A DNA stretch of 64,000 nt from Camelus dromedarius. Taxonomy: Eukaryota. The stretch's first letter is position 1; each line of letters opens with the position of its first letter. The stretch covers positions 27,900,001 to 27,964,000 of the forward strand of contig NC_087453.1 of assembly GCF_036321535.1 (NCBI RefSeq), written 5' to 3'. The notes below the pieces were generated by a model, which did not search any database, had not been told where the DNA came from, and was given only the letters and a program-made list of their open reading frames with translations. Shown here one piece after another: positions 13,706-26,713 of this stretch. Made by a program: the position numbers and the translations under genes.

Positions 13706-16689
13706 AACACTTTTCTATAAATAGCCTTAACAGAATCTAAAGAGAAAGATGGGTAAGTTCAGGGTAGCTAAGCATTGAGGGGAAAAAAAAATGGAGGAGC
13801 TGTGCCCATGGCTCAACCCTTGCAACCTGTCACATAACTCTTAGCTGTTTCCATTCCTGAAGTCCTGGCCGGTGGCCTCAAATCATGGGACCTCCTATCT
13901 ACAAGGGACTTGGCCATTTAGCTCAAATTCTCAGGTCATAGAAGAGGCGGCTAAAGAAGTGACAATGTTGAGAGTAGGACGTGTTTTCCGTGTCCCAGTG
14001 CAGAGTTTTCTGTGCACCCAGTGCAGAGTTCTCCAGACTCCCACATGGAGCCCTTTGTTAGGACTTACTCAGAAAAGATATGCAATGCCGGCTGTTTAGA
14101 AGTTAGCAATTTGCATTCATAACTGTGGTTTTCAGACTGTCCTTGACATAGCATCCTTTTATGTGTGTCTGTTTCTTCTAACAAAGCCTCAGTGGATTGG
14201 CCAATGTGTAGGAAGAACCTTTAGAGGCACTGTTTTGTTTGAGTGAGGGGAGCGTGCGTTGTAGCGGGTGATGGCTGCCCTACTCCTGTTTCTCCTCCCC
14301 CTCCATCTCTTCCTCTGCAGGCACTTCTGCCGAAGCCCCAAGAGATTTGGGGTCCTCCATTTAAAAATTACTCATCCGGAGGAGATATTGACTGACCTAA
14401 TGATCTGCCTCACCATTAAGGTGGCATCCATTTAAATATTTTTAAATAGGTGACCTGTGCAGCAATCCAGGAGATAAAAGAACAGAAATGAATGAACAAA
14501 GTCAACTCTAATGATGTAGATTTTCTTCCCAAAAGACAAAGACAGATGAAAGCTGTATGATGTAGCCAGTTCTTTTCATGCCTTAATTAAGTTACTTCAC
14601 TGAGAAATCTGCCCAAAAGCCACTCTAGTATTTTATTGATTAGGTCCCATTTAAATCCCACCTATTGACTCACTAGCCCCTGCGGAAGGTCACAGAAGAA
14701 TGACATTATCATCTGAGAGTATATTCTAAGCTCCTCTTAACTCCATGTTTTCTATGTTGATAGACTTCACCAAGGTATTTGAGATTGGCTAAAATAAAAA
14801 AAATAAAATAAAATAAAATATTTCAAGATAGCCATTTTGAGTCCATTGTTCATTAGTTGACTTGGTAACTTCCTTTGCTTTCCTTTCTTGATTGCATTTC
14901 CTCCTTTCCCAGGAGTCAGGAATTGGGCTGAAGAAAGCAGTTGCCTGGCCCAGGAGTCCAGGGTTTTTTTTTTCTTGCCTCCTTTCTTTCAGTGACCTCA
15001 GTGTCTGCTCAGAAGCATGACTCTAGCCAGAAAGCCACAACCACGTCCATTCAGAGCTGAAACAGCCTTTGTTCAGAAAAACAACCAGCCAGGAAAAAAA
15101 ATATATATATAGTAAAAGCCAAAAACAAATGCCGGTTTTAGGAGGTGAGGAAGTGAACTTGGTGGCATAATCCACCCCAGGCTGCTGAGTTGTGTTAAAA
15201 TCTCTTTCCCTCATCCGACTACACCGTCCCAAGATGCCTTGCCATTGCATGTGAAAAATACTGAGATAAAGCAGATAATGACTATTTTTTCCCCTCGACG
15301 TAACCTCCTATCAGGACAAAGCATTAATAATCGTTGACTGTGACACCTTTCCCGTTCCCAGCAGGGGTGGCGGGGGAGGACTCTGGCTCAGTTAGAAGGA
15401 ACAGCTTAGCAGCTTGCACGGTGCAGCAGAAAAGCCACAAAGCCACAGGCATTTGGCCCCAACATCTGCTTTACCCAGAGCTGAGTTCTATTAATAGTTG
15501 ATTTTACACCAAAGGAGTGGGAGGGAAACAGATTGGATGCAGAGACTTGGCTCCATGGAGATCGTACAGTGACCACAAGGAAGCCACATGAGGTGAGGTG
15601 TGGACTGTCTCCCCTCGCCCTTAACCAAAAGCTGGGAAATGTGCCGTGGCAGTGGGAGAAATAACATCAGAAAGCTTGAAAATGACCGATAATTCCATTT
15701 ATTTGTCATAGAAATTCTAGGAGCTGTCTCTCTAAACCACTGCAGTTGCAAAACCAAAATTATCTGCAGAGTAGGCATAGCGTTATTGGAAGAGGATGAT
15801 TGAAAAAATCAAAGTTCTCACCTAACACTCTACCTTATCTGTAGAAAAGGAGTCCCAGATGCTTCTTAATAATGTTGCTGCTCATCTTTGCTCAGGTTTC
15901 CCTAGAAGCTGACCCTGGGAGGAGAATCCAGTAGAGTTTATTAGAGCGGTGATCCCAGGTCTCACCAGTAGGGCACTTTGGGAAGTGAGAATGAGGAAGG
16001 GAAGGCAGCCAATAAATGTTGCATCAGCATCTCCGTCCTGGGCAAATCCTAGAAGCCAGTGTAGAACACACACCTGAGTTCGCCAGCCACGGTCACTCTT
16101 TGCAGATGCTCTTAGGAAATGTTAATCCTCAAACACTCCCAGTCTGCTGTACAGGAATAAGCCCTCAGACTAAGAGATGCAGATGGAAGTCCAGCCCAAC
16201 CGTATCTCCTGGAGCATCAGTCCAGTCAGCTATAATGCCATTACCAAGGGCACAGTATTCACCATGATCACAATAGTATAAAAAGGATGTTTCCACCCAG
16301 CTCTGCAGCTATAACAAGAATCTCCAGCACGTCAGAGGAGAGCCCCTTCAAGGTACTGGATGATCATTGGACTTTTTCCTTTATTCTGACATCCCTGGTG
16401 CACTTGCTAATCTAATAAGCTAATGTTCTAATCTAATAAACATATATTGCCCACCTAACTTAAGAACTACAAAGAAGTGGAGCAAAGTCAAGATAAAGTA
16501 ACTTTCAAAGAGACTGTAATTCAGAGGGGAGGCTGATGGCTACAATTAAGTACAATACAAGACAAGGTGACACGCCTCCATTCATTCATCTAGCAAATAT
16601 CTATTGAGTGTCTTTTATGTGCTAGAGAAGCTTTGAGGAGAAAGGAAGTTTTATTTAGTGAGGTTCTGTGGAGTGTCAGGAATGGCTCT

Positions 16690-16855
16690 CAGCTCTTTAC
16701 CTGTTAATTTTCTTGTATCAACCTCAGAACCAATCTTTGAGTCTGTGTTATTATCCCCATTTTATAATGAGGAAGCTGAGTCTTTGAACACTCAACTTTT
16801 GCGCATTTGCTTGAGAAGGAATTAGTGCAAGGTAAGGCTAGAAGGACATGGAAAC
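16690..16855 (-). mobile_element. MIR fragment between L2 ends (16579-16630 and 16875-17180)
   Basis: attatccccattttataatgaggaagctgag (MIR core, reverse); flanking cattcattcat motifs are reverse L2 tails. Confidence 0.65.
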
Positions 16856-19344
16856 TTTGATTCCACTCTTGGCTCGTTCATTCATTTATTTAGCCAGCGC
16901 ACATTTTTGGAGTCTTACTGTCTGGGTCCACTCCTGAACCAGACAGTAGAGAGGTGCACCCTTGTCTCCTTATTGGGCTCTCAATGTAGTAGAACCTCCT
17001 CTGTGAGGAAGGGTGGTGTGAAGGCTTTTGAAGAAGAAAGTGACATTCAGGGATGCTGCAGAGTGGAGGGCTGGATGAGGGACAGGCTAGAGTCGGGTGA
17101 CATTTAAAGCACGAAGAGATAGCAGGGTCTGAGAAGTTCATCAGGAAACATTAATGAGCACAGCTCTGAGCCTGCCTTTATGCTGGACACTGGGACAGAT
17201 TTAAACAAGGTAAAGTTCATGTTTCTAGCCCTTCAAAAGCCAATGTCCATCTTAACTAGGGAACATGACATTCTGGTTAGGGATCTAGAACATTTTGCTC
17301 TCCTTCGTGTGATGGTCAGGAACCACTGCGAAGGGTCTCCTCTGATGGAACCGGTGATAGTGCACTCACAAAATGCAGTGCACGCCTTCCCTACCTTCCC
17401 TACCCTCTGAGAACCTCTAGCCCTAAATGAGAAATCAGCCCTTACACAAATCAAATCAAACAGACTCCAAGCCCATGTTTAAGAGGCGAGGGTTCTAATC
17501 TGGGTTCTGTTCTTATCTAGCCATGTCAACTTACAAGGACTGTTGAATCTCAGTGGGTCAAAGTTTATCTGTCCTGTTAAATAATAAAATGTTGCCTTGC
17601 CTTCCAAACAGAACAGTGAGAAGTACTGAAGTTGCAGATGTGAGAATATTTTGAAAAAGGGAAAGCGCTGAATCAAAGTTAGGTGTGATTATTAAGAACT
17701 TACACACAAAACCACATTAGCAAGTTCAGCTGAATACAGGGTGCACTCCAGGGGGGCAGAGAAAGCCGTGACAGTGGAGTATCAGAGTTAGTCTGCAAGG
17801 GTGTTGAGAAGAGCACTTACCCACGTAGTGGACATTATCACATGGCATCTTGGACTTGTATTCGTACATAGTTATGGTAATAGAGCAGTTTTTACAATGC
17901 AATGGCATAAGAATGTATGACACTTTTCAGCCTAAGATAAAATAATAATGCATGAGGGCATGTATACAATATACCAAATCCAGGATTGAAAAAAAATAAA
18001 TTGATAAAAAAGATAAAGAAACCAGCCAAGTTCTCGCACTCTACAAAAACACAGATAGTTGGCAAATACGAACGTTTGTGTCCAAAGACAATTGAAAAGG
18101 GGACATTTAATTGATTATTTCTGAAAGCAGGCGAATAGATTTTGGTGAGCCGAGGGATGTCAGAGCCATCTGCACTACTCCCTCTGAGCTGGTCTAGCAG
18201 AACTCACATAAGGGTCAGAGCAAATACCTTCTGTGCTTGGAAGTTTTAGGTTTTGGAGGTGCTAAACCATTGGGCCAGTAGCATCCAACATGCTCTGGTA
18301 TCATTACAGTAAGAGCAGGGAATGAAGGATGATGGATGGATTCTCAGCCACCTAATCCCAGTGACATCCATGTGTGTGAGCGCCAGCTCCTGCCTAATTG
18401 GCATTTGGCTCAACAGAGTGAGACTGGTGGCCATGCTGACTGGCAGACACAGCGGCCCCTTTGCCCATCTCAACTGTGTGAAGACTCGATGAGGATTTAT
18501 AGGCCATCTGTCTTCCAAGGCCTAATTTGTAGAGATTTCTCGGGGCTTCCAGGCTTTGAAAGATGTCGCTTGCATGTGTTTGGCTGTTTTTTAAAAAGGT
18601 AATAACCTGCACGTTTTTGGCAAAACAAGGTCACGAGTCTTCTTTCAGCCTTGCTCGTGTCCTCACGTTGGCATAACATGTGTTTTTGTTGTATTTCACT
18701 CTGCATCCTAAAAGGTGGACTCAACAGGGTTGGAGAATAAAAATGCTAGAGGGTGCTTTAAATTACTTGTGGAGATTAGAATGTGAATTAAGTCCTGAAA
18801 AGAATTTGAGACCTTGATAGGCAAATCCAAATCAAAGAGCTAATCCTCACGCCTCTGCCAGATGGGTCATTTGTCCTGCCTGAGCCCAGCTTCTTTTAAC
18901 AGGAAGATTAAAGTAACACATTTTATAGAGATAAGTAAATCGTGGGGGGAAGAAACTCTTCCTTGGTCACATCAGGGCTATTTTTAGGACTAATCCAGGG
19001 TTCCCAGATCGAAGCCAACGGCTTTGGATGCATGGTCCTCTTCCTTTCATCATCCTCGTCCCTCCTCCAGGCCAGTGCTGGCAGAGCTGTGTGGATAAAC
19101 ACCATCAGTCACACTCACCACCATCTGCCTTTCCATTGCCCCAGTACCACCTCCAGATCCAGCTCTCAAGCTAAGGACCCCTGTGACCTTGGACAAGTTG
19201 CTTACTTCTCTAAGCCTCAGTCTGCTCAACTGAACAATGGGAATTAAAAAGAACCTCTCTCAGTGCTCAGATGATGTTCACTCTTCCTCTGATGGTGATG
19301 ACAATGATTTACCTTCTTCTAGTACTAAATTATGTGTTCCACAG

Positions 19345-19561
19345 CGGGGCAGCATAGGACTTAGTGGCATGGAACATAAAGCCTGACTTTGGGCTCAAAT
19401 CCCATTTTATCCACTTGTAAGCCATGTGATATTGGGCGAGTTAACTCGCCTGGAGTTTCTCATCCATAAAATAAGCATTAAAATAGTACCCCCTTCACAG
19501 GGTATTATTCTTCGTAGGGTTATTATGAGGCTGGAACGAGTTCATATTTGCATACAGTAAA
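19345..19561 (+). mobile_element. MIR interrupted by the LTR below (resumes about 20024-20055)
   Basis: gggctcaaatccc...tgtgatattgggcgagttaac...ggagtttctcatccataaaataag...atagtacc...tattatgagg. Confidence 0.75.
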
Positions 19562-20023
19562 TGTAACTGAGCAGGACCCTATGGGGCCTTCTGGGGCAGA
19601 CTCCTCCCCCATATCCTCTGCTGCAGCTCCCCTCTGAAGCCCCAGATAACAGTATCTCATGTATGTTTCCTGAGGTTTTTCAGATGCTTAGAAACCACCA
19701 CCAAAGGGAAGAAATTAACTACTTGATGATCCCAGACCTTCTGGCGCCTAGGGGTTGATAGTGTTGACCGCCCTGTTCCCTCAGCATCAGCCATTCAGAG
19801 GATTGTACACGAGCTGATCATGTACCTTGCAACCCCCTCCCATACCTGGCCTTTAAATATGCTTTGCTGAAACCCTTTGGGGAGTTCAGGGTTTTTCTTG
19901 GTCATAAGCCACCCCATCCTCCTTGCTTGGCCCTGCGATAAACCTTTCTCTGCTCCAAACTTCGATATTTCAGTTTGTTTGGCCTCATGGTGTGGTAGAC
20001 ACATGAACTTGCCTTTGGTAACG
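19562..20023 (+). mobile_element. Solo ERV1-class LTR, sense orientation, inserted in a MIR
   Basis: Starts TGTAACTGAGCAGGACCC and ends TTTGGTAACG (terminal CA probably changed to CG); TSD TAAA (or GTAAA) at 19558-19561 and 20024-20027; TTTAAA box at 19852-19857; GATAAA at 19937-19942. Confidence 0.85.
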
Positions 20024-22212
20024 TAAATAGCATATAAAAGTTTGTTAAATAACATACCGGAAATAGATGAAATTTATGAAGCTCTTCAAAGTTGGGCTCT
20101 TTTTCTTCCTTTTCTGTCCTGCTTGCACATATACAATCTATTCCCTTTCAAGTCTCAGAGTCCATTTGTTCCTTTTTAAGGACTGTGTTTGTAAGCACAG
20201 CCAGCCACATTTTCTTTCCTTGAACCTCCACAGCATAATTATTCCTGACTTTACCACTTCGCTGCTGCTGCCGACTTACATCTGCTTTTAGGACCAACTC
20301 AGGAGCAGTTCTGTGTTGGTGCTTTGACGCCATGATGAGGTCATTTCCAAGGTAACCATCCCAGGGGAATGAAAACACACTGAACAGGAAAGAGCCTGAC
20401 TGGGGGACCTTCAAGGCACCTTAGTAATGTGCTGTGGATTCTGTTTAGGGATCCGCTTGTGACCACTCCCTGCTGTCCTTTCCCCTTGCCTGGTCCTAGA
20501 GCGCATGTAAAGTGTCATGGGCGGGTCTGGTGCTGAGGGCTGGGCGTCAGGCTCAGAAGCTTCGGTGCAAGCAGGATCATCATCTTTGTTACCTGACCTC
20601 ATTACAGGTCACTTTCGTAAGCTTCTGGGAAGAAGGGGAGGGCCTACGGATTTATTTCAAATAAACTTCTTACTTGTGAATTTAAAAGGAAATTTTAGCA
20701 GAGCTGAGCAAAGAAGTTAGGAGGAGAGAATACTGACAGGGCAGGTAACTTGTCACATCAACGTAATAAAGTCCAGTCAACTCTTCTACTGTTTAAGGAG
20801 TGATCTGCTCTATTCTGAGTTATCCTCGCCCTCTCCTTCTAGTCTGTTTTGGTGGCTTTAGACACATGAGTGCTACCCTCAGGGGCTAGGCAGACGGAAG
20901 GAAAGAAGATGAAATTCACCCGTGGTTCTGGCCACCAGGGAACACCAGGGCTTGTAACTTTCAGGAGCATCTCCGGGAAAGAAGCCATAGGCTTCTCTCT
21001 TTAGGACATCAGACTCGTCTGGAACGTCCCCTACTCTTGGGGACAAGGAGGCCTTGGTAGAAGCAAGCAGAGAAGGCAGTCTTCTGTTCCCTTTCTCCAC
21101 CATCCCTGCATTCCTGGAAGCAGTCAGAGTGCTTTGCTCCTGCTTGTATTGGAGAAGAGTCAGTGTCTTAGAAAGTATAAGGGAGGAAATACTCCATCTG
21201 TTAAATATTCTCACCTGATAAGTACCTGGGTGCTCAGGCTGCCTCTGTGACTCTGACTGCATCCTTCCTGGGAAAAGACAGAATGAGGGAAACCTGACTG
21301 ACAAGTTATCTGTGTGGTGCCATCTGTGGTGAGATATTAGTCACTGCATGCTTTTCACCAGAAAGATATGGATAAAAGAAAACCAAGGAGATCCCTGATA
21401 AGCCCCTGACCAAGCAAAGTAGGTCTATAACAGGAGGCCTTCAGTTTCTGCCATCTGATTTCATTTTACCTAAAAATGGTAGAATCAAAGAATAAAGCAG
21501 GTGAAATTGGACTTTAAACTTTATCAACAAAATTCTGCAGTCTGGTGGAGTAGAAAAATCATGGAACATCAGGATAAATATGATGGTCTAGACATTGATC
21601 TAATTAAGCTTTCTTGAAACCACACTAAAATTGCATTTAAAATGATATTTTTTAACAGCATAATCTGGTAAGGGTGGAGACAATAGGATGAGACAATAAT
21701 TACATAATTTTGGCAGCTACCTATATGTTTATAGCTGTAACACATCTGAGAAAACTGATAATAGGTTAGCCAAGTGAGACCCTGTGGACCAACCTGAGTT
21801 AACCCATGAAAGCCTTAAAGTCTCAGAAATTGATGGTGTTAAGTTTTTCTGGAAATGAGTTTAGAAGCACAGCTTAAAATAAGGAGGATCAGTTGACAGC
21901 TGTTTGAGTCAGAACTCCCACCTGGTATAAAACTAAAGGATTACTGTCAGAAGACAAGAAAACAGAGGGTCTCAGGATGACCCAGTCCCAGGGGAAGGCA
22001 GGGCTAACACTTGAAAGCAAAGTGATAAACATATGGGGTGCTTCTTCCTGCATTTGGCTCTGGAAGGCTGGCATCCAGGCTTTATTTATTTATGGCAAAT
22101 GATGAAACAGATTTTTTTCTCAGGACTTGATCAGCCCAAGAAGAAAGACCTCAAGGTACTGACATTAGGGGTTACTCCAAAGAGACAAAGACTGATCCTT
22201 CTACAACGATTA

Positions 22213-22346
22213 TTTTTTTTTTAATTCTTTTTGTTTATTTGGGGGGGGGTGGTAATTAGGTTTATTTTTTTTTAATGGAGGTACTGTACTGGGGATTGAA
22301 CCCAAGACCTTAAGCATATACTCTACCACTGAGCTAAACCCTCCCC
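22213..22346 (-). mobile_element. Vic-1-like camelid tRNA-derived SINE
   Basis: Minus strand reads GGGGAGGGTTTAGCTCAGTGGTAGAG (A box)...GGGTTCAATCCCCAGTAC (B box)...AAACCTAATTACC, then an A-rich tail. Confidence 0.88.
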
Positions 22347-22379
22347 ACCATAGTGCGTTGTTAGCTCATTTACTTTTCA

Positions 22380-23960
22380 AGTCCATATTGAGATATACAG
22401 ATGCTTGGAAAGTTCCATCAGCTTTTTAGTCCACCAATTTGAAATATGGACAATTAACAATCACTATAACTCAACAATAAATAAATAAATAAATAAATTA
22501 ATTAATTAATTAATTAAAACAAAACAAAACAAAAAAAAGTCACTAGACATGTGAGGAAAACTTCCTTAAAAAGTAGAAATAAGCAGGAATGAAAGTAACC
22601 TGGGGAAAAACAATGACTATGTAGTTAGAAAAAAACTTCAAATACACATATATCATTAGTATCCTTATAAGGATAATAGAACATATTGAACCACTGACAA
22701 AAGAACAATGCTATTTTTAAGGAAATGTCAGAAACATAAACTGACTCTTAGACATTAAATCAAGGGTAGCAGAAATAAAACACTCAGAGAACAGTTAGAA
22801 ATAAAAATGTGGAAAGCTCCCAGAGAGTAGAGCAAACAAATAAAATTAAAAATTGGAGAGAGAATGCATAAAAATGCAAAATCTGGCCAAATAATATTCT
22901 TGAAGAAAGAGAACAGAAAATTATTATTGAGCTAATTTATGAAAATACTCCAAATAGAAGTATAATAGTTTTCAGCCTGCAGAGGCTTCAAGAGTGCCCA
23001 GCACAGGGGATAGATATAAACTTATACCAAAGTACATCACTATAAAGTTTCAAGAAACTGGGACTGAATAAAATGCTAGGAATTTCCAAAGAGACAAAGT
23101 AAATGAACAAACAAAAGAAACAGACCACATGTGTTTTTAGGATGATGAATAAATGTCTTCAAATCTTAGCAGCCATACTAGAAGCTAAAAGACAGTGAAG
23201 CAAAATTTTCTCACAAAAATCTAAAAAAAAATTTTTTCCAATCTACAATATTATACCCAGCTAAACTAGCAATAAAGTATGCAAATGACACAAAGCCATT
23301 TTTAGACATATGAGGCTCAAAATATTTAATACTCTGGAAACTTCTTAGGAAGCTACTGACAAATGTGTTTCCACTAAAGTGAAAAAGTTAACTATGAAAG
23401 AGGAAGATATGATACACAAAAAATAAGAGAGTCAACAAAGAAAAGAAGTGAATAAATGGTTAATTGATCAATCTAAATTGGAGTAAGTCATAAGACTCCA
23501 GGAAAGGCTTCATCAAGAAAATGAAACTGGGAGAACACTTGTTGTGTTGAACATATGGCCAAGACATTTAGATAACTGGGGGAGTTTGAAGTTGGATTAG
23601 AAGACATGTGCAAAGAGATCAAGCAAATGGTAAAACAAGAGGATTATTTATGACAGGGAAAGTTAAACATTGGGCATGAAAAGAAAAGTAATTATTGGCT
23701 TACTATATGACTCAGCCCTGAACAGAATACATAGTCATGGTAATATAAACACTAAGTACTGATAGAACTAAATTGTAATCTAACTATTTCAGATGGATAG
23801 GAAGAATGTGTACATGCACTCACTGTGGGGTAGAGAGAAGAAAGAGCAATATCCTCATCTCTCATGGTGAGAAGTCAAAAATATTAATAAAAGCACATTA
23901 TTTTGAGAGCCAAAAGTAATACCAAAAGCATAACCTAAAAGATTTGATTCTAATCAAGGA
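22380..23960 (+). mobile_element. HAL1 (half-L1, ORF1-like) degenerate element
   Basis: gagtgcccagcacag, ctagaagctaaaagacagtgaagcaa, tatacccagctaaact, aggaagctactg and gaaagaggaagatatg motifs in HAL1 order; no intact ORF. Confidence 0.65.
22476..22538 (+). repeat. Compound microsatellite (AAAT)n-(TAAT)n-(AAAAC)3-A run
   Basis: aataaataaataaataaataaattaattaattaattaattaaaacaaaacaaaacaaaaaaaa read directly. Confidence 0.95.
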
Positions 23961-25520
23961 GAAATAAAGGAGCTTATTTCTACCAGGTTAGTAGAAGCAG
24001 TTTCAGATAGCAGCTCTACAAATCAGTCTAAATTTAGCACACAACCCATTTCAGTCATCTCTGGACCATGCTGTTTCCACATAGTCGTCTCCTGCAGTAG
24101 TATCTGTGCACCAAGAGTAAAACAGAGGGGTGGCTTCAGAACTTCCCTTGGCTACTGTACCAGCTGGCCACACTCAGCCTCTTCCCACTCCTTCCTCCTA
24201 ACTGTTAGTCCATCAGCAATGAAAACTGGTCAATCTTCTGCCAAACTTGGGCAGCAGAAAGATGAAAAAGAAACTAGAGCAGAACTGGACCAAAATGAGT
24301 GGGGCCAGAAGTCTTCTACATGGCCAATGTGAACTTAACGCATTTGCTAACTGGGCCCCATATTGCTCCCACTCCAAATTCTTCAGCTACATGCACATTA
24401 AAGCAATGCACTAAATGAACAGAAACCTGAAAGCACACTGAAAGGCATCAAGAAAGGATTTTACTTGCTGTGTTTTCTAAGTTCTCTATGCTCAGGACTA
24501 TGATGGGTACCCTGGTGATTCTCAACGCTTTGGTAACAGAGTTGGGCACTCCCTAATAATGCACTCATTAATAACCACCACCAAGAAGTGCCTAGCTCCA
24601 GGGTAAGATCAAGATAACATCTTCTTCCTGGAGAGACTCAAGCTGATACCTGAAACAGGAGGTCAAGCTGGAAAGTTCTATTGGAAGTAGATTTCTAGAA
24701 GTCAATAGATAAAAGGAGTCAGAACTTGAGAAAATGAGAGAACCAGTCTGCAAAGCTCTTTAGATCATTCTGTTCTGTTCTCCAGAACTCCCTTCTCTGG
24801 ACAGAGATCTTCCTCTTCCTAATTGTTCCCAAAGCCCATGGGTTGGCCCCAAGTTTAAAGAAGGCAATATTTGTTCCCCAGTAAGAAAGAAGAAAGAAGC
24901 AGAGATATGGTTGCTGGCCATGGCATTATGGGCAAAGCCATGTGACATTTGAGAGTTTCTTTGTACTCAAGATATTGCCAAAGAATGACAAGACATATAA
25001 ATGGCCACTCGGGACCACTATTTTGTCATGCCCCTTTCCTCTCGTATCCCTTTGAAGATGGTTCCTCCCTACTGAAGTCAGACCTTTTCACTTTTGATCA
25101 CCAGCCTTTCTTATTCTTTTGAATGGTAAAGCTTCATAGAGCAGTATTTTCTCCATTCCTTAGGAGATTCATATTATTCCTACTTTGGCTCTAAGTGTTT
25201 CAAACAATATATATGCTTACAAAGGTCTTTAGGTGTCATTATATGAGTGACATGTCCCATTGGAAACATACCAATCTTTAATTGAGAAAATATGGACAGG
25301 CTTTATTTTTAGCCCTTGTCAGCTGGTGTGATCCTTCTGAACTTAACTTCTCTTTCTGTTGATTTTATTCCAGAAAATCATTGCATTGCTTTTCATTATG
25401 GTTTGATGCTTCATATGATGCTTCATGATCTCATTCTAATATGGGACATTTTGTTTTAATTTAACTAGTAATCATCCCTAAAATTTTTTTTAATTTAGTA
25501 AATATTCTTGATCATCTATT

Positions 25521-25925
25521 TTTTTTAATTGAGTATAGTCAGTTCACAATGTTATGTCAATTTCTGGTGTACAGCATAATGTTTCAGTCATAGATACACA
25601 CACACATATATATATTTGTTTTCATATTCTTTTTCGTTATAGCTTACTACAAGATATTGACTGTAGTTCCCTGTGCTATACAGTAGAAACTTGTTGTTTA
25701 TCTATTTTACATAAAGTAGTTAGTATCTGCAAATTTCGAACTCTCAATTTATCCATTCTCACCCCCTCTCCCCACTGGTAGCCATAAGTTTATTCTCTAT
25801 GTCTGTGAGTCTGTTCCTGTTTTGTAAATAAGTTCATTTGTGTCTTTTGTTTTTAGATTTCACATGTAAGTGCTATCATATTGTATTTTTCTTTCTCTTT
25901 CTGGCTTACTTAACTTAGAATGACA
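25521..25925 (-). mobile_element. 5'-truncated camelid-type L1 3' end, antisense
   Basis: ttaattgagtatagtcagttcacaatg...gtgctatacagtagaaacttgttg...ctggcttacttaacttagaatgacaatc. Confidence 0.92.
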
Positions 25926-26713
25926 ATCCCTAAACTATTAAACCACTCAAATTCAAGCTGGAAGAGACTTAAGAGTCATTCTAGTTTATTCATCCTATGG
26001 TTGAAGAATTTGTCCCCGATCATTTACTGCTGGCAGGAATGGAAATGGCATTTCTTGTACTGTTGCTAATTTGACTAATTTGTTTAGAAAAGCAGTGTTT
26101 TTTCTTATCTTCATTCTCAAGGTTTTTCATTCTTCTGTGTGCTTCAGTGGACCTGAAAAATAAATTGTAAGCAGTTTTGCAAAAACAGTGAAAGGTTGGT
26201 GGGAAAGAACTGATGTGTGTTAAGTCAACAGCAACAGCAATATTCCAGTTGGAGGTTTAATGCAACAGAGGGAAATCCTCTAAGGATCTGTTTTCGGTCC
26301 CAAAGCCTTTACCAGTCAGAACTTTATTTTTAGGCTAATTCATTATGCCAGAAACATCTGCATTTTTGCAGATGAACTCTTAACCCCTCTGCTGATGCAC
26401 AGCAACTTGAAAACCTCCAGCTCCTTCTGCTTACTTTCTCATTGGCTTTGCTAGCCTTTGACATATCTTTGCCTAGACGTTTGATGCATCAAAAGCCTTG
26501 CACATTTGCTCCTTTAGTTAACAAGGCAAAGCTTCCGGGTTGAAAAGTTGCTCTCCAGTGTCTGCTCACTTGCAGTCTGCCATCAAATTCTGAACAGTCC
26601 TCCCAACTCATTCATTGTTCTTATTCTAGGATAGGTAAATTCCTCCACTGGTGATTTTTAAATTATTTAAAATAGTTAATTGTAAATAATCCTCAGGAAC
26701 ACTGATTCACCTA

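Noticed and set aside
22290-22346. A functional tRNA gene (A and B boxes present)
   Set aside because: The anticodon region is deleted, and it carries the SINE-specific aaacctaattacc segment and A-rich tail. It is a tRNA-derived SINE.
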